The notes beneath the pieces were generated by a model. The model ran no database searches. It saw only the letters and a list, made by a program, of their open reading frames with translations, and was not told where the DNA came from. Shown one piece after another: positions 51,753-61,770 of a stretch of DNA of 64,000 nucleotides. The translations under genes and the position numbers were made by a program. The stretch covers positions 1-64,000 of IMG/VR virus record IMGVR_UViG_3300042564_002458. One strand, written 5' to 3'. The stretch is from a virus. Position 1 is the first letter of the stretch. Every line of letters begins with the position of its first letter.

Positions 51753-52132
51753 CTTTCATATCCTTTGAAACTTTGAACTGGACTAACTCTATTGACTTCT
51801 GGCATTTCTTCGCTGTTCATGTCACCACTATTTAAATCTTTATATTGTAATCCGGCAGCTTTATATGCCAATTTAAGCATATTCTCTTCTTCTTTAGTGT
51901 AAGCATGTGCAGTATTATGTTTGCCAACCCAACTTTCAGCATCCATTTCTATTGGGTTTATACCATCACTAGATGCAACTGCCATCATTAAACGATTTAA
52001 ATCATATAGTTTATCGTAAGCGTCTATTTTCTTTGTAAAAATATGTAATCCACGAGTTGATTGCTGATTTCCGGGAGAAATTTTGGAAGCCGCTTCGATT
52101 ATCGTAGTAGGAACGAATTCTTTTGCTCTCAT
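51749..52132 (-). CDS. CTS-leader protein, paralog of 51348-51752
   Basis: MRAKEFVPTTIIE...SEEMPEVNRVSPVQSFKGYER. Confidence 0.75.
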   Translation of the reverse strand: MRAKEFVPTTIIEAASKISPGNQQSTRGLHIFTKKIDAYDKLYDLNRLMMAVASSDGINPIEMDAESWVGKHNTAHAYTKEEENMLKLAYKAAGLQYKDLNSGDMNSEEMPEVNRVSPVQSFKGYER

Positions 52133-52134
52133 TA

Positions 52135-52344
52135 TTATTTTTCCAATTTACTAATACGGGGTTTAAATAATTTTTGATCACCTTTAGTAGTTTTTAACAC
52201 TGGTTGATTATGATCATCAGTACTGAATCCAGTTACTTCTGTCTTACGATTCTTGAATTTACCAACTTTAATCTCATCACCAACATTGATAGTAGGTGGT
52301 GTATATGTCTTGGAACTTTCTTGTATGATTTCGTTAATGTTCAT
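52135..52344 (-). CDS. Small KOW/SH3-like protein with CTS-like leader
   Basis: MNINEIIQE; INVGDEIKVGKFKN; TAATG overlap with the upstream gene. Confidence 0.65.
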   Translation of the reverse strand: MNINEIIQESSKTYTPPTINVGDEIKVGKFKNRKTEVTGFSTDDHNQPVLKTTKGDQKLFKPRISKLEK

Positions 52345-54233
52345 TAGCAGTTCCATTTACGTAGTGCTAATGCTTTACGAGTAGGTTTACCATCTTTTTT
52401 CATTGGTCCCTTGACCCCTGACATTCTGGCACAAAAACTCTTACGTCTTTTAGCAGCCTTACTTCCAGGCTTTAATTTACTTGGTTTAGTAGTCACTGCA
52501 GTTTGCAGTTTACTACCAGGATGTTCACGACGATAACTGTTAACACCCTTTTGATTGAGCCCACCAGTCTTGTTCTTACCTGATTTTTTCTGCCATGCAG
52601 CTACTTCATCTAACTTGTTTAATTCTTCTTGTAACCAATTTGATTCGTCTACTTGTGGATCAATACCTTGCTCTTCTTGACTTTTTAAATAATCCCATGA
52701 AGAAACAATCATACCTTCTACATTAGCAATTTTCTCTTGTACCCATTCTGGTAAATTTTCATTGTCATCAATAGTATCTAATAAACCTTCGGCTGCACGT
52801 ATAATAGTATGTAAATTAGTATGAGCCATGCCTGATTCATCATCATACTCAGCGTTATTTTCCATAATTCCAGCTGAACTAACACCTACCGCAACGCTCG
52901 CCAATCCAGTTTTAATGGCATCTGACCAACTCATACCGTGTAGTTTTGCGGCCAGTGTTGGTATTACTGAATTCATTGAACCTTGAAGTATCATGTTAAA
53001 TTGTTGTGGTGACAGACCCATGCTACCAAAATGTTTGATAACTGCACCTGATACTATACTACCAACGATAGTTATAATAACACCTTGTAGATAGGGATTT
53101 TTTGATCCTGCTTTCAACATTGTTAATACTTTGGCACGTTGTTTTCCTGTGGCTTGTGATAATAATTCTTTTGCTTTAGAATTATAATTCTCAACTTTTC
53201 CTGGTTTACTTTGTGACAATTGAGTTTTGTAGAAGTCAGTAATGACACTAGTGACATTTGATTTAGATTCACTACTGCCTTCCGCCACACCTTCTTTTGG
53301 CACACAGTTAGGAACTTTCTTACCGTTTTTCTTCTTCATGCCAACTTGCTTATAGTTATCCCAACATGGGTCTGAGTCTTCCGACACCGCTTGCTCTGCC
53401 AAATCACTATCATCATAATATTGTAGCGCATCCGATACACGATTAATAAGTTCTCTTTCAAGTTTTTGCATGAGAGCATCCGATGCTTTGATTTTTAACT
53501 TTTTAAGAGCGTCCAAAATGTCGTCATCTATATCCCAATGAACATTATTAGATAAAAGTATTCTCTCTACTGCGCTATACACTTGTTCAAACTTAGAGTT
53601 GGCAGATGGTTTCGCAACATCAGCAGCATTTTTAGTGATATTGTTCATCATGCTACCGTATGCTGTATCAGCACGTTGATCGGCTGCGGCACCTTTGTAT
53701 CTAGCACCTTTAACTATCTTTCCCATCATTGAATCAAATGATGTGTCGCCAGTTGTCTCCGCCACACCTTGCTGACCTTTAAGTGCTTGTAATAACGCTC
53801 TAGCAACTACACGATCTTTTTCTTGTTCTTCATCAGGCAATTGAGCATACCCAATGTTCATCAACTTTTCTCGTTGTTGAAGTTTTGCTTCTAATTTTCC
53901 AGCCGCTTTTAACTTTTCTGTATCATCAAATTGATCAGGATTTTGTACAAATGCTTTAGCCGTTACATTCCAACCTTTATGAATAGCATCACTGATTGCT
54001 TCAATATCAGTAATACCTTTATCAATCATTTGTTTAGCATATGCAGCTGATTTTAAATTTGCTTGCCATCCAAATGTATTACCAGGAGAACTACGACCAT
54101 AATGATATGCATTATCTAATGCTTCGTCACTGATAGTGGCCAGTTGTTGTACGCTTAATTGTTTTTGATCACCTTCCGCCACACCTTGAGCGTTCAAGAT
54201 AGTATTTTCTGAGAGAATTTGAGTTATTTTCAT
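52344..54233 (-). CDS. Modular late protein (putative polyprotein B)
   Basis: Modules joined by QGVAEG/QGVAET/QAVSED/EGVAEG linkers; basic C-terminal RKSFCARM module. Confidence 0.8.
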   Translation of the reverse strand: MKITQILSENTILNAQGVAEGDQKQLSVQQLATISDEALDNAYHYGRSSPGNTFGWQANLKSAAYAKQMIDKGITDIEAISDAIHKGWNVTAKAFVQNPDQFDDTEKLKAAGKLEAKLQQREKLMNIGYAQLPDEEQEKDRVVARALLQALKGQQGVAETTGDTSFDSMMGKIVKGARYKGAAADQRADTAYGSMMNNITKNAADVAKPSANSKFEQVYSAVERILLSNNVHWDIDDDILDALKKLKIKASDALMQKLERELINRVSDALQYYDDSDLAEQAVSEDSDPCWDNYKQVGMKKKNGKKVPNCVPKEGVAEGSSESKSNVTSVITDFYKTQLSQSKPGKVENYNSKAKELLSQATGKQRAKVLTMLKAGSKNPYLQGVIITIVGSIVSGAVIKHFGSMGLSPQQFNMILQGSMNSVIPTLAAKLHGMSWSDAIKTGLASVAVGVSSAGIMENNAEYDDESGMAHTNLHTIIRAAEGLLDTIDDNENLPEWVQEKIANVEGMIVSSWDYLKSQEEQGIDPQVDESNWLQEELNKLDEVAAWQKKSGKNKTGGLNQKGVNSYRREHPGSKLQTAVTTKPSKLKPGSKAAKRRKSFCARMSGVKGPMKKDGKPTRKALALRKWNC

Positions 54234-54334
54234 GTTATGTAACCAATATTACTTGTATTTATCAATAACAAATTATATTATAAATTCAAAATGTTACTTT
54301 ATTTTTATATCATATTCAATCTGATAAATAAATG

Positions 54335-54393
54335 TTACAGATGCCGATTGGGTCTGTAAATTTAACTTGCTTAATTAAGGAGATAATATCATG
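54335..54393 (+). promoter_or_regulatory. ROSE-like RNA thermometer in the dnaK 5' UTR
   Basis: 5' hairpin TTACAGA/TCTGTAA; CTTGCTT (54366-72) pairs with SD AAGGAG (54377-82) with a bulged G. Confidence 0.65.
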
Positions 54394-56253
54394 AGCAAAA
54401 ATGTTGTCATAGGCGTAGATTTGGGCACCACTAATAGTTGTGTATCCATTGTTGAAAACGGAAAATACAAAATCATTGAAAATAGCGAGGGTGGAAGAAC
54501 AACACCTAGTATTGTAGCATATTCGAACGATGAAATTCTAGTTGGCGCATCAGCCAAGAGACAATCCGTAACTAATCCCATAAATACAATTTATGCTGCC
54601 AAACGACTAATTGGTCGTAAATTCAAAGAACAGGCGGTTCAGAAAGACATTGACTTGATGCCATATAAAATCATTGAGTCAAAGAATGGCGATGCATGGG
54701 TATATGCCGCAGATAAAGAATTAGCACCACCTCAAATTAGTGCAGAAGTTCTTCGTAAAATGAAGAAGACTGCCGAAGATTATCTTGGTCATGAAGTCAC
54801 TCAGGCAGTTATAACAGTACCAGCCTACTTTAATGATAGTCAACGTCAAGCAACTAAAGATGCTGGTAAAATAGCTGGGCTTGAAGTTCTTCGTATTATC
54901 AATGAACCAACTGCTGCAGCGTTAGCATACGGTGTTGATAAACAAGATAAAAAAGATCGTAAAATTGCAGTATATGACTTGGGTGGTGGAACGTTTGATG
55001 TTTCAATTATAGAAATAGCCAATGTTGATGGAGATAAGCAAATTGAAGTTTTATCGACCAACGGAGATACATTCTTGGGCGGTGAAGATTTTGATCAACG
55101 ATTGATGGATTATTTAGTAGACGAATTCAAAAAAGATAGTGGAGTTGATCTTAAAAATGATATGTTGGCACTACAGAGATTAAAAGATTCTGCAGAACGA
55201 GCAAAGATTGAATTGTCAAGTTCACAACAAACTGCGGTTAATTTACCATATATTACCGCTGATAGTTCTGGCCCACGACACATGAATATTATTATTACTC
55301 GTTCTAAGTTGGAATCATTAGTAGAAGACTTAATCAAGCGTAGTATTGAACCATGTAAAATTGCTCTAAAAGATGCGGGAATGTCAACAAGTGACATAGA
55401 CGAGATAATTCTTGTTGGGGGGCAAACTCGTATGCCAAAAGTACAAGAGGCCGTAGAGAAATTATTTGGTAAAATTCCACGAAAAGATATTAATCCAGAT
55501 GAGGCTGTAGCCGCGGGCGCCGCAATTCAGGGTGCAGTATTATCAGGTGATCGCAATGATGTTCTATTACTTGATGTGACTCCACTATCACTTGGTATTG
55601 AAACAATGGGTGGTGTAATGACTAAATTAGTTCAAAAGAATACAACTATTCCAACCAAGGCAAGTCAAATATTCTCTACAGCAGAAGATAATCAATCGGC
55701 CGTTACTGTAAAAGTATTTCAGGGTGAACGTGAATTAGTTCAATACAATAAGTCATTAGGTGAGTTTAATTTGGAAGGAATTCCACCATCTCGTCGAGGT
55801 ATTCCACAAATTGAAGTTACATTTGATATTGACGCAAACGGAATCATGCATATCAAAGCTAGCGACAAAGGTACTGGTAAAGAAAATAAAATTACCATTA
55901 AATCAAATAGTGGATTGAGCGAAAGTGAAATTCAACAAATGGTTCAAGAAGCAGAAGACAATGCCGATTCTGATAAAAAGATGAAAGATTTAATTCTTAC
56001 AAGAAATCATGCTGAGTCAGTAATTCATGAATGTACAACAGATTTAAAAGATTTCGGAAATCAATTAAGTCAAGAAGAAAAAACTTCAATTGAATCTGTC
56101 ATTGAATCTATTAAAACTGTCATGACAGGTGAAGATAGTGAGTTGATTACTAGTGAAATAACAAAACTATATGAAGTTTCCAAACCGCTTAATGAGAAGA
56201 AAATGAAAAAACAGTCATCAGATGAATTAGATGATACTGTGGTAGATGTCTAA
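54391..56253 (+). CDS. dnaK: Hsp70 chaperone DnaK
   Basis: [40 protein letters not shown]. Confidence 0.98.
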   Translation: MSKNVVIGVDLGTTNSCVSIVENGKYKIIENSEGGRTTPSIVAYSNDEILVGASAKRQSVTNPINTIYAAKRLIGRKFKEQAVQKDIDLMPYKIIESKNGDAWVYAADKELAPPQISAEVLRKMKKTAEDYLGHEVTQAVITVPAYFNDSQRQATKDAGKIAGLEVLRIINEPTAAALAYGVDKQDKKDRKIAVYDLGGGTFDVSIIEIANVDGDKQIEVLSTNGDTFLGGEDFDQRLMDYLVDEFKKDSGVDLKNDMLALQRLKDSAERAKIELSSSQQTAVNLPYITADSSGPRHMNIIITRSKLESLVEDLIKRSIEPCKIALKDAGMSTSDIDEIILVGGQTRMPKVQEAVEKLFGKIPRKDINPDEAVAAGAAIQGAVLSGDRNDVLLLDVTPLSLGIETMGGVMTKLVQKNTTIPTKASQIFSTAEDNQSAVTVKVFQGERELVQYNKSLGEFNLEGIPPSRRGIPQIEVTFDIDANGIMHIKASDKGTGKENKITIKSNSGLSESEIQQMVQEAEDNADSDKKMKDLILTRNHAESVIHECTTDLKDFGNQLSQEEKTSIESVIESIKTVMTGEDSELITSEITKLYEVSKPLNEKKMKKQSSDELDDTVVDV

Positions 56254-56273
56254 TTTACAGAATCTAAGTAAAT

Positions 56274-56306
56274 AAAAATATCCACGATTAATCGTGGATA
56301 TTTTTT
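56274..56306. terminator. Bidirectional terminator between convergent dnaK and BI-1 genes
   Basis: Perfect 32-bp palindrome AAAAATATCCACGATT|AATCGTGGATATTTTT. Confidence 0.8.
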
Positions 56307-56321
56307 ATTGATAATTATTAA

Positions 56322-56993
56322 TCAGTCTTTCTTAATACCAAATAATTGTAATAGATTTAAGAATAAGTTAATAAAGTCCAAATATAATCTAAGTGCCCCA
56401 ACCACCTCGGCGTTACCATCAGTACTTATACTTAATTGTTCACGAATATTTTGTGTATCATAAGCAGTTAATCCCAAAAAGATTATAATGGCAATTGCAG
56501 AAATAACCATGGTCATTACTGTACTTCCAATAAAGATATTGATAATACTAGCAATAACAATAGCAATCAATCCAATAAACATAAATTGACCCATGGTTTC
56601 AAGACTTCGTTTTGTAAAATAACCATAAAAACTCATAGTACCAAACAAAACAGCAGCACCCATAAATGCCGATGTAATACTACCAATAGTATAAATTACA
56701 AAGATTGTGGCAAAACTCAATCCCATTAAGGCAGCAAATACATGTAACATCAATGTGGCAGCTACTTTTCCAACTTTATCAATAGTAAATGAAACTAGTA
56801 ATACAACAACCAATGGTGCAAAAATTACAACCCATTTAAGTGGCGTTCCAAAAATAGTTGCCATTAACTGGGTATTGGTACTAACAAGATAACCAACAAT
56901 CATTGAGTTTAATACAGCTAAACACATATGATTGTAAACACGAATCATACTATCATTCAATTCACTAACACTACGGTAAGATAAACTACTCAT
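56322..56993 (-). CDS. Bax inhibitor-1/YccA family membrane protein
   Basis: About seven TM segments; AYDTQ and GALRLYLDFINLFL. Confidence 0.92.
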   Translation of the reverse strand: MSSLSYRSVSELNDSMIRVYNHMCLAVLNSMIVGYLVSTNTQLMATIFGTPLKWVVIFAPLVVVLLVSFTIDKVGKVAATLMLHVFAALMGLSFATIFVIYTIGSITSAFMGAAVLFGTMSFYGYFTKRSLETMGQFMFIGLIAIVIASIINIFIGSTVMTMVISAIAIIIFLGLTAYDTQNIREQLSISTDGNAEVVGALRLYLDFINLFLNLLQLFGIKKD

Positions 56994-57011
56994 TTAAGTC
57001 TCCTATTTAAA

Positions 57012-57305
57012 TTAAATCCACTTTAGTGAAAACGCAATTGATTCAGAATCATCACGTAAATAAATTCGTGTACAATATGAATCATTTTGCCAACACCATC
57101 GTGAGTTACTACAACTAACATCATCAAACAAATCATGATTATCATAAGAATTCACTTCTTTACTGGGACCCCAATGAGCCCAACACCATTCACTCATTTT
57201 ACAAAAGTTAATTCTATCGTTTTTGTTATTAACCGATAACTGAACATAATATTTCCAATAAGAATATCCAACATTACGTTTGTCTAATTTTTTAATTTTG
57301 ATCAT
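57012..57305 (-). CDS. Small FxL[KR]W-family protein
   Basis: WCW..WGP; C-terminus IAFSLKW. Confidence 0.65.
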   Translation of the reverse strand: MIKIKKLDKRNVGYSYWKYYVQLSVNNKNDRINFCKMSEWCWAHWGPSKEVNSYDNHDLFDDVSCSNSRWCWQNDSYCTRIYLRDDSESIAFSLKWI

Positions 57306-57309
57306 AATA

Positions 57310-57516
57310 TTACATCCATCTTAGATTAAACATTACAAAATCTTTTTCACTATGAAATACAAAACTCCAACTATCCACATAATATGAATGTGGAGGATCG
57401 GTAAAATACCAATTTTCAGTACAATTCTTTTCACACCAATCAAGAATATTGGTCAATGATCCATGTTTAACAGAGATTGTAACTCTACAAGTATTATCCT
57501 TGATATTTTGTAACAT
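57310..57516 (-). CDS. Small FxL[KR]W-family protein
   Basis: DWCEKNC; FHSEKDFVMFNLRW. Confidence 0.65.
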   Translation of the reverse strand: MLQNIKDNTCRVTISVKHGSLTNILDWCEKNCTENWYFTDPPHSYYVDSWSFVFHSEKDFVMFNLRWM

Positions 57517-57982
57517 TCACTCCACTTTTAGTTAAGAACTCTAGTCCCAATTCATTCTTATATGTATCATGATAATATACAGTAAATATTCCAGCCTGAT
57601 AGATCATTTTTGCACAATCTATACAGGGAGCATGTGTACAAAATAATGTTGCTCCTTCACTAGATATAGTACTCTTGGCAATTTTCATCAAAGCATTAGC
57701 TTCGCTATGAAGCACCTCTGGTTTAGTTTTAAGTTTAATCCAATTGCTATTATCAGTTTGAGTGTATCCTAAGGATACCATATCAGTACCCATAACTTCT
57801 TCATTGATAACAAAAACAGTATCTTCACAGTTGTTGTCCCAACCACTGGGTGTTCCATTGTATCCAAATGTCACTACATTGTCTTTGACAATTACAGTAC
57901 CAACTTTTAATCTGACTGCACTACTCAATTGACTTACTGATTGAGCCATGTTCATATATAAATCAATGAATTTCTGTTTCAT
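57494..57982 (-). CDS. dCMP deaminase
   Basis: GYNGTP, HSEANA, PCIDC zinc motif. Confidence 0.92.
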   Translation of the reverse strand: MKQKFIDLYMNMAQSVSQLSSAVRLKVGTVIVKDNVVTFGYNGTPSGWDNNCEDTVFVINEEVMGTDMVSLGYTQTDNSNWIKLKTKPEVLHSEANALMKIAKSTISSEGATLFCTHAPCIDCAKMIYQAGIFTVYYHDTYKNELGLEFLTKSGVNVTKYQG

Positions 57983-58569
57983 TTTTTACCAAATAGTTGT
58001 CACAAATCCAACGATCACAAATTTCATGTGATTTAAAATAGTATAATGGACTACCGTTGGGTATATTAAATCTATCACAAAATGCCTGACCATAACGTTT
58101 ACCCTTCAGTACATCAATTACATAATAGTGTTTGAATTCTGTATATTGTTCTTGAGTTATAGTGTGATATATATCATCTTTAAAAGAGATAGGAATCATA
58201 TTTAAATCATGATAATGTTGTACGTCTTGCAAGTTGATCATTATTCTTCAACTCGTTCAATTTTACCATCAATAATAAAGAACGGTACATTTAATGGAGT
58301 TTCTTTAACATGACCAATATATCCAGCATAATTCAAACTATAGTTTTTAGCTGTTTCTTCTAATGTATTACCTTGACTGGCAAATGAATCATCTTCCATA
58401 AAATATAGATAATGTTGATCCTCTACAATCTCATGTTTTAGAAATTCAATTTGATCAGTAATCATATTGGACAATTCTTTGATCATTTTGTCATAACAAT
58501 ATTGATAACCTACATATCCACCAACTGAAAGACCAATTATAAATGATAATGGGATTAACATATCCATAA

Positions 58570-58848
58570 TTATTCCATATTCTTTAGATTAAGAGTGCTC
58601 CATTGACTAAGTTTTTTAAACTTACGTTGTTTGGCTTCTAATAATCTTTCTAATGATATTTCACCTTGATTAGTTAAGATATCAATCATTGCCAATACAT
58701 CTCCAATCTCTTGTTCTAGACGATCTAGATTAGATTGTTGTAAATACATACCATGTAATCCAAATCTAAAACATTTACTTGTGGCTTGTACAACTTCGGC
58801 ACATTCTTCTTGTAATATTAGCAATGCTTCTTTGGTAGATTCTTTCAT
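58570..58848 (-). CDS. MazG-like NTP pyrophosphohydrolase
   Basis: EECAEV...EQEIGDV. Confidence 0.75.
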   Translation of the reverse strand: MKESTKEALLILQEECAEVVQATSKCFRFGLHGMYLQQSNLDRLEQEIGDVLAMIDILTNQGEISLERLLEAKQRKFKKLSQWSTLNLKNME

Positions 58849-58949
58849 AATAGTATATTTGAAATTAGTAAGAGACTTTTGTATAGTGTCTCTCAAACTA
58901 TTTAATTATATTAATATTGTGTCGGGAATTTCACCCGATACTAATATAA

Positions 58950-59210
58950 TTACGCTACTAAACCAGCAGCCAAAGCACGATAACCAGCCGAGATAACTTT
59001 ACGTGTTGGTGTACCGATACGATAACGAGTTACTGATTGACCCTTGCTGTTTTTACGTGAGTTAGCATAAACAGCATAGCCAGCGAAACGAATATCGCTA
59101 ACAGTTGCAGTTGGGTTCTTGATGTCAAAACGAGCTGCAATTTGAGCTGCAGTAAGTTGTTCACCATTCAAGAGTGCTTCGGTAAGTTTAGATTGTTTAG
59201 TTACTTGCAT
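58950..59210 (-). CDS. Winged-HTH DNA-binding protein
   Basis: LTAAQIAARF..NPTATVSDIR; own TTGACT-17-TATAAT promoter at 59260-59288. Confidence 0.7.
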   Translation of the reverse strand: MQVTKQSKLTEALLNGEQLTAAQIAARFDIKNPTATVSDIRFAGYAVYANSRKNSKGQSVTRYRIGTPTRKVISAGYRALAAGLVA

Positions 59211-59291
59211 TTTATTTCCTTTTTAAGTTGTCACTGCAACAATGTTACAGCGTGATACTATTATAACATGACTTGTAATAATAGTCAATGT

Positions 59292-59316
59292 AAAATGGAC
59301 ACATAGTGTCCATTTT
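59292..59316 (-). terminator. Hairpin terminator after the phosphoesterase gene
   Basis: AAAATGGACAC/GTGTCCATTTT inverted repeat. Confidence 0.65.
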
Positions 59317-59318
59317 AA

Positions 59319-60167
59319 TTATACTTCAATGATCTTTGGATAGTATGGATCAGTTTCCTGTGAACCACGTTCATAACCAACATAACCACGTGGGTGGGCC
59401 ATGATTCGTGTTTCACCAATCATATAATCAAATTCATCATGTGTATGTCCATGAACCCAAACTTTGATTTGTGGACGATCCAAAATAAACTCAGATAAAT
59501 CAGTACTATAAGCACCATTCATATAACGATCATCAGCATAACGTGGATGTGTACTAAGTTTACTTGGTGCATGATGACCGATTACAAAGAACTTTTCATC
59601 TGACTTTTCGGCTGTTACATGACGAATATAATCCAATGTCTTATAGTGACGAACAATGGTATCGGCTGGACGTAAACGTCTAAATTCATCCTGTTCAACA
59701 CGAATAATACGAAAATCATTCATACTTGAATCAATAACTTTAAGCGTTAATGGATCAGATTTATTGCAATCAGTCCATAATGTTCCACCGATAAATGTTA
59801 CATCATCAAGTTTAAATACATCATTTTCCATAAAATGAACATTATGAAATTTTTTACATTCATCTTTTAATATATCTAAAGTTTGTACCCATTTACCATT
59901 ATAAAACTCATGATTGCCAGCAACATATAATACATGAGGAAACTCTGTACTACAACGCTTTAAAAAGTCCCGAAATTTCTGTGATTGTTGATAACGACCA
60001 GGCAAATTATTAACCCACTCTGGTTTCATAACATCTTCTGGAAAGTCATGCATATCAGCGGCAACCATAATATCACCAGCCAATATCAATACATCCGAGT
60101 TTTCTGTATTTTTAATATTCAAATCACCAAATTCTAGATGAAGATCACTACAAAGCGCCGCTTTCAT
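59319..60167 (-). CDS. Calcineurin-like metallophosphoesterase
   Basis: SDLH, LAGD, GNHE, HHAP, HGHTH. Confidence 0.92.
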   Translation of the reverse strand: MKAALCSDLHLEFGDLNIKNTENSDVLILAGDIMVAADMHDFPEDVMKPEWVNNLPGRYQQSQKFRDFLKRCSTEFPHVLYVAGNHEFYNGKWVQTLDILKDECKKFHNVHFMENDVFKLDDVTFIGGTLWTDCNKSDPLTLKVIDSSMNDFRIIRVEQDEFRRLRPADTIVRHYKTLDYIRHVTAEKSDEKFFVIGHHAPSKLSTHPRYADDRYMNGAYSTDLSEFILDRPQIKVWVHGHTHDEFDYMIGETRIMAHPRGYVGYERGSQETDPYYPKIIEV

Positions 60168-60169
60168 AA

Positions 60170-60583
60170 TTATTCCTTAACTCTATTTTCTCTTTCATTT
60201 TGATGTTCATCACATAATGTGATAATCCACCCTGATTGATTACTCTTTCCTGGTCTGCCGCACTGTTCGCAGATACGACCACTCATTGACTCAGCAAACC
60301 AAATCATACCATCTATCAGTCTGTCACCACCACTAGTGTAAAAACGTAGTGTGCCAAACTTTTCTTTGACCTGATCTGCCACTACCTGTGGAATAACTCT
60401 AGTCTCTGAACTGTTGTTGTCAATGTAGCTTTGAATATTCCAACATAATGTATCAATTAAATCATACCAACCATCACCAACGGATAAACCCCAATACATG
60501 CATGATTGAGTCATATCTTTGTCAACATTAACAAAAATCTTGGGATATTTCTTACATAGTTTAGATTCTAATTCTGGACTCAT
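60170..60583 (-). CDS. Conserved phage protein (QVKEKFGTLRFY, CxxC)
   Basis: Motif recognisable in many phages; GGAG SD. Confidence 0.7.
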   Translation of the reverse strand: MSPELESKLCKKYPKIFVNVDKDMTQSCMYWGLSVGDGWYDLIDTLCWNIQSYIDNNSSETRVIPQVVADQVKEKFGTLRFYTSGGDRLIDGMIWFAESMSGRICEQCGRPGKSNQSGWIITLCDEHQNERENRVKE

Positions 60584-60584
60584 A

Positions 60585-60911
60585 TTATTCTCCCATAAAA
60601 TTTGATTCAAGATTAATGATCTTAATTGATCCTTTATCTCCTAAATCGTTAACAAAACCGTTAAAAATACTTGAAGTATATCCACTCATACCAATATTAT
60701 GTTTACCACAATTGTAAATACTTCCGCTTGCATTATGAATTTCATAATGATTATCATGTTCTACAATGTTAGTGATACCTGAACTTAATTTCCAACGATC
60801 ACTACCTAAATAACCACCATACCAACTGGCTAATACTTTACGAGTACTTTCTTCATCTTCATTAAATTTTAGTTCTACAATTACCCAACTATCAGGTGTA
60901 TATGTGCTCAT
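60585..60911 (-). CDS. Conserved phage protein (WYGGYLGSDRWKLSSG)
   Basis: T4-like conserved hypothetical motif. Confidence 0.7.
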   Translation of the reverse strand: MSTYTPDSWVIVELKFNEDEESTRKVLASWYGGYLGSDRWKLSSGITNIVEHDNHYEIHNASGSIYNCGKHNIGMSGYTSSIFNGFVNDLGDKGSIKIINLESNFMGE

Positions 60912-60931
60912 TTTTAATCCTAAAGTTATTG

Positions 60932-61732
60932 TTAAATATCATCATATTGTATAATTTGTCTAGTATCCATATTAATAATTACTCCATCATAATTTAGATA
61001 TTTTTTAAACAAATAGTTATAAGTATTATACTCTGAATCGTTTACTAAAATAACATCATATATTTCATATTTATATTTTGATAAATGATCACTGAATGGT
61101 TCAGTCAATATATGTTTTTGAAATAAAGATGGGCATTTTTTTATTTTAATAAAATCATTATCATGGTCAATAGGCAGATAAAATAGATTTTTTATTTTTG
61201 GTAATGGATATCTACCCCACCAATATGAATATAAACCCCAAAACTCTGCATGAAATCTATAAGTCGGACTTAATTTCATTGGATCAATCAATTGTTTGAC
61301 ATATTCTGATTTGAACCAAAAGAAATTTCCCTTAAAATGCCAATGAAATAATGATCCAACAAAATCTGAACCACAATCTAAATGATAACGACATAGATCA
61401 CTATGATCAACTACACCATACATCATTAATGTAGACCAGTTTAAGCTATTGTGATATTCTGAACCATTCGGTCTACTAGCACCCTTACAATGAAGATATA
61501 ATCCATAAAAATCTAAAGTAGATGAATCTTTCCAAAGTTTCTGAAGAGCAGGATATTCATATGATGTTGCATCCAATCCGGTATCAAAATATTCAATATC
61601 TAAATTACTATTAGTTAAAAAATCATATTTTCCCCAGTTAAGAGAATGTACAATAATTATTTTTTCATATTTCAAATTACTATTTTGTATACTATTAATA
61701 ATATGTAATAAACTAGATTTAGTATTAATCAT
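60932..61732 (-). CDS. Glycosyltransferase-like protein (YxHxKG...GNFFW)
   Basis: YEYPAL, YLHCKG, HFKGNFFW, AEFW; markedly AT-rich. Confidence 0.5.
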   Translation of the reverse strand: MINTKSSLLHIINSIQNSNLKYEKIIIVHSLNWGKYDFLTNSNLDIEYFDTGLDATSYEYPALQKLWKDSSTLDFYGLYLHCKGASRPNGSEYHNSLNWSTLMMYGVVDHSDLCRYHLDCGSDFVGSLFHWHFKGNFFWFKSEYVKQLIDPMKLSPTYRFHAEFWGLYSYWWGRYPLPKIKNLFYLPIDHDNDFIKIKKCPSLFQKHILTEPFSDHLSKYKYEIYDVILVNDSEYNTYNYLFKKYLNYDGVIINMDTRQIIQYDDI

Positions 61733-61770
61733 TTCAATTACTGAAATATAAATTCGTACTGGTTTCACGT

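Noticed and set aside
54391-56993. Bacterial chromosome or contamination suggested by dnaK, yccA, infA and erpA
   Set aside because: These genes lack their bacterial operon neighbours, share the phage AT-rich codon style, and sit among phage genes; dnaK and infA follow phage-type TAAATA boxes
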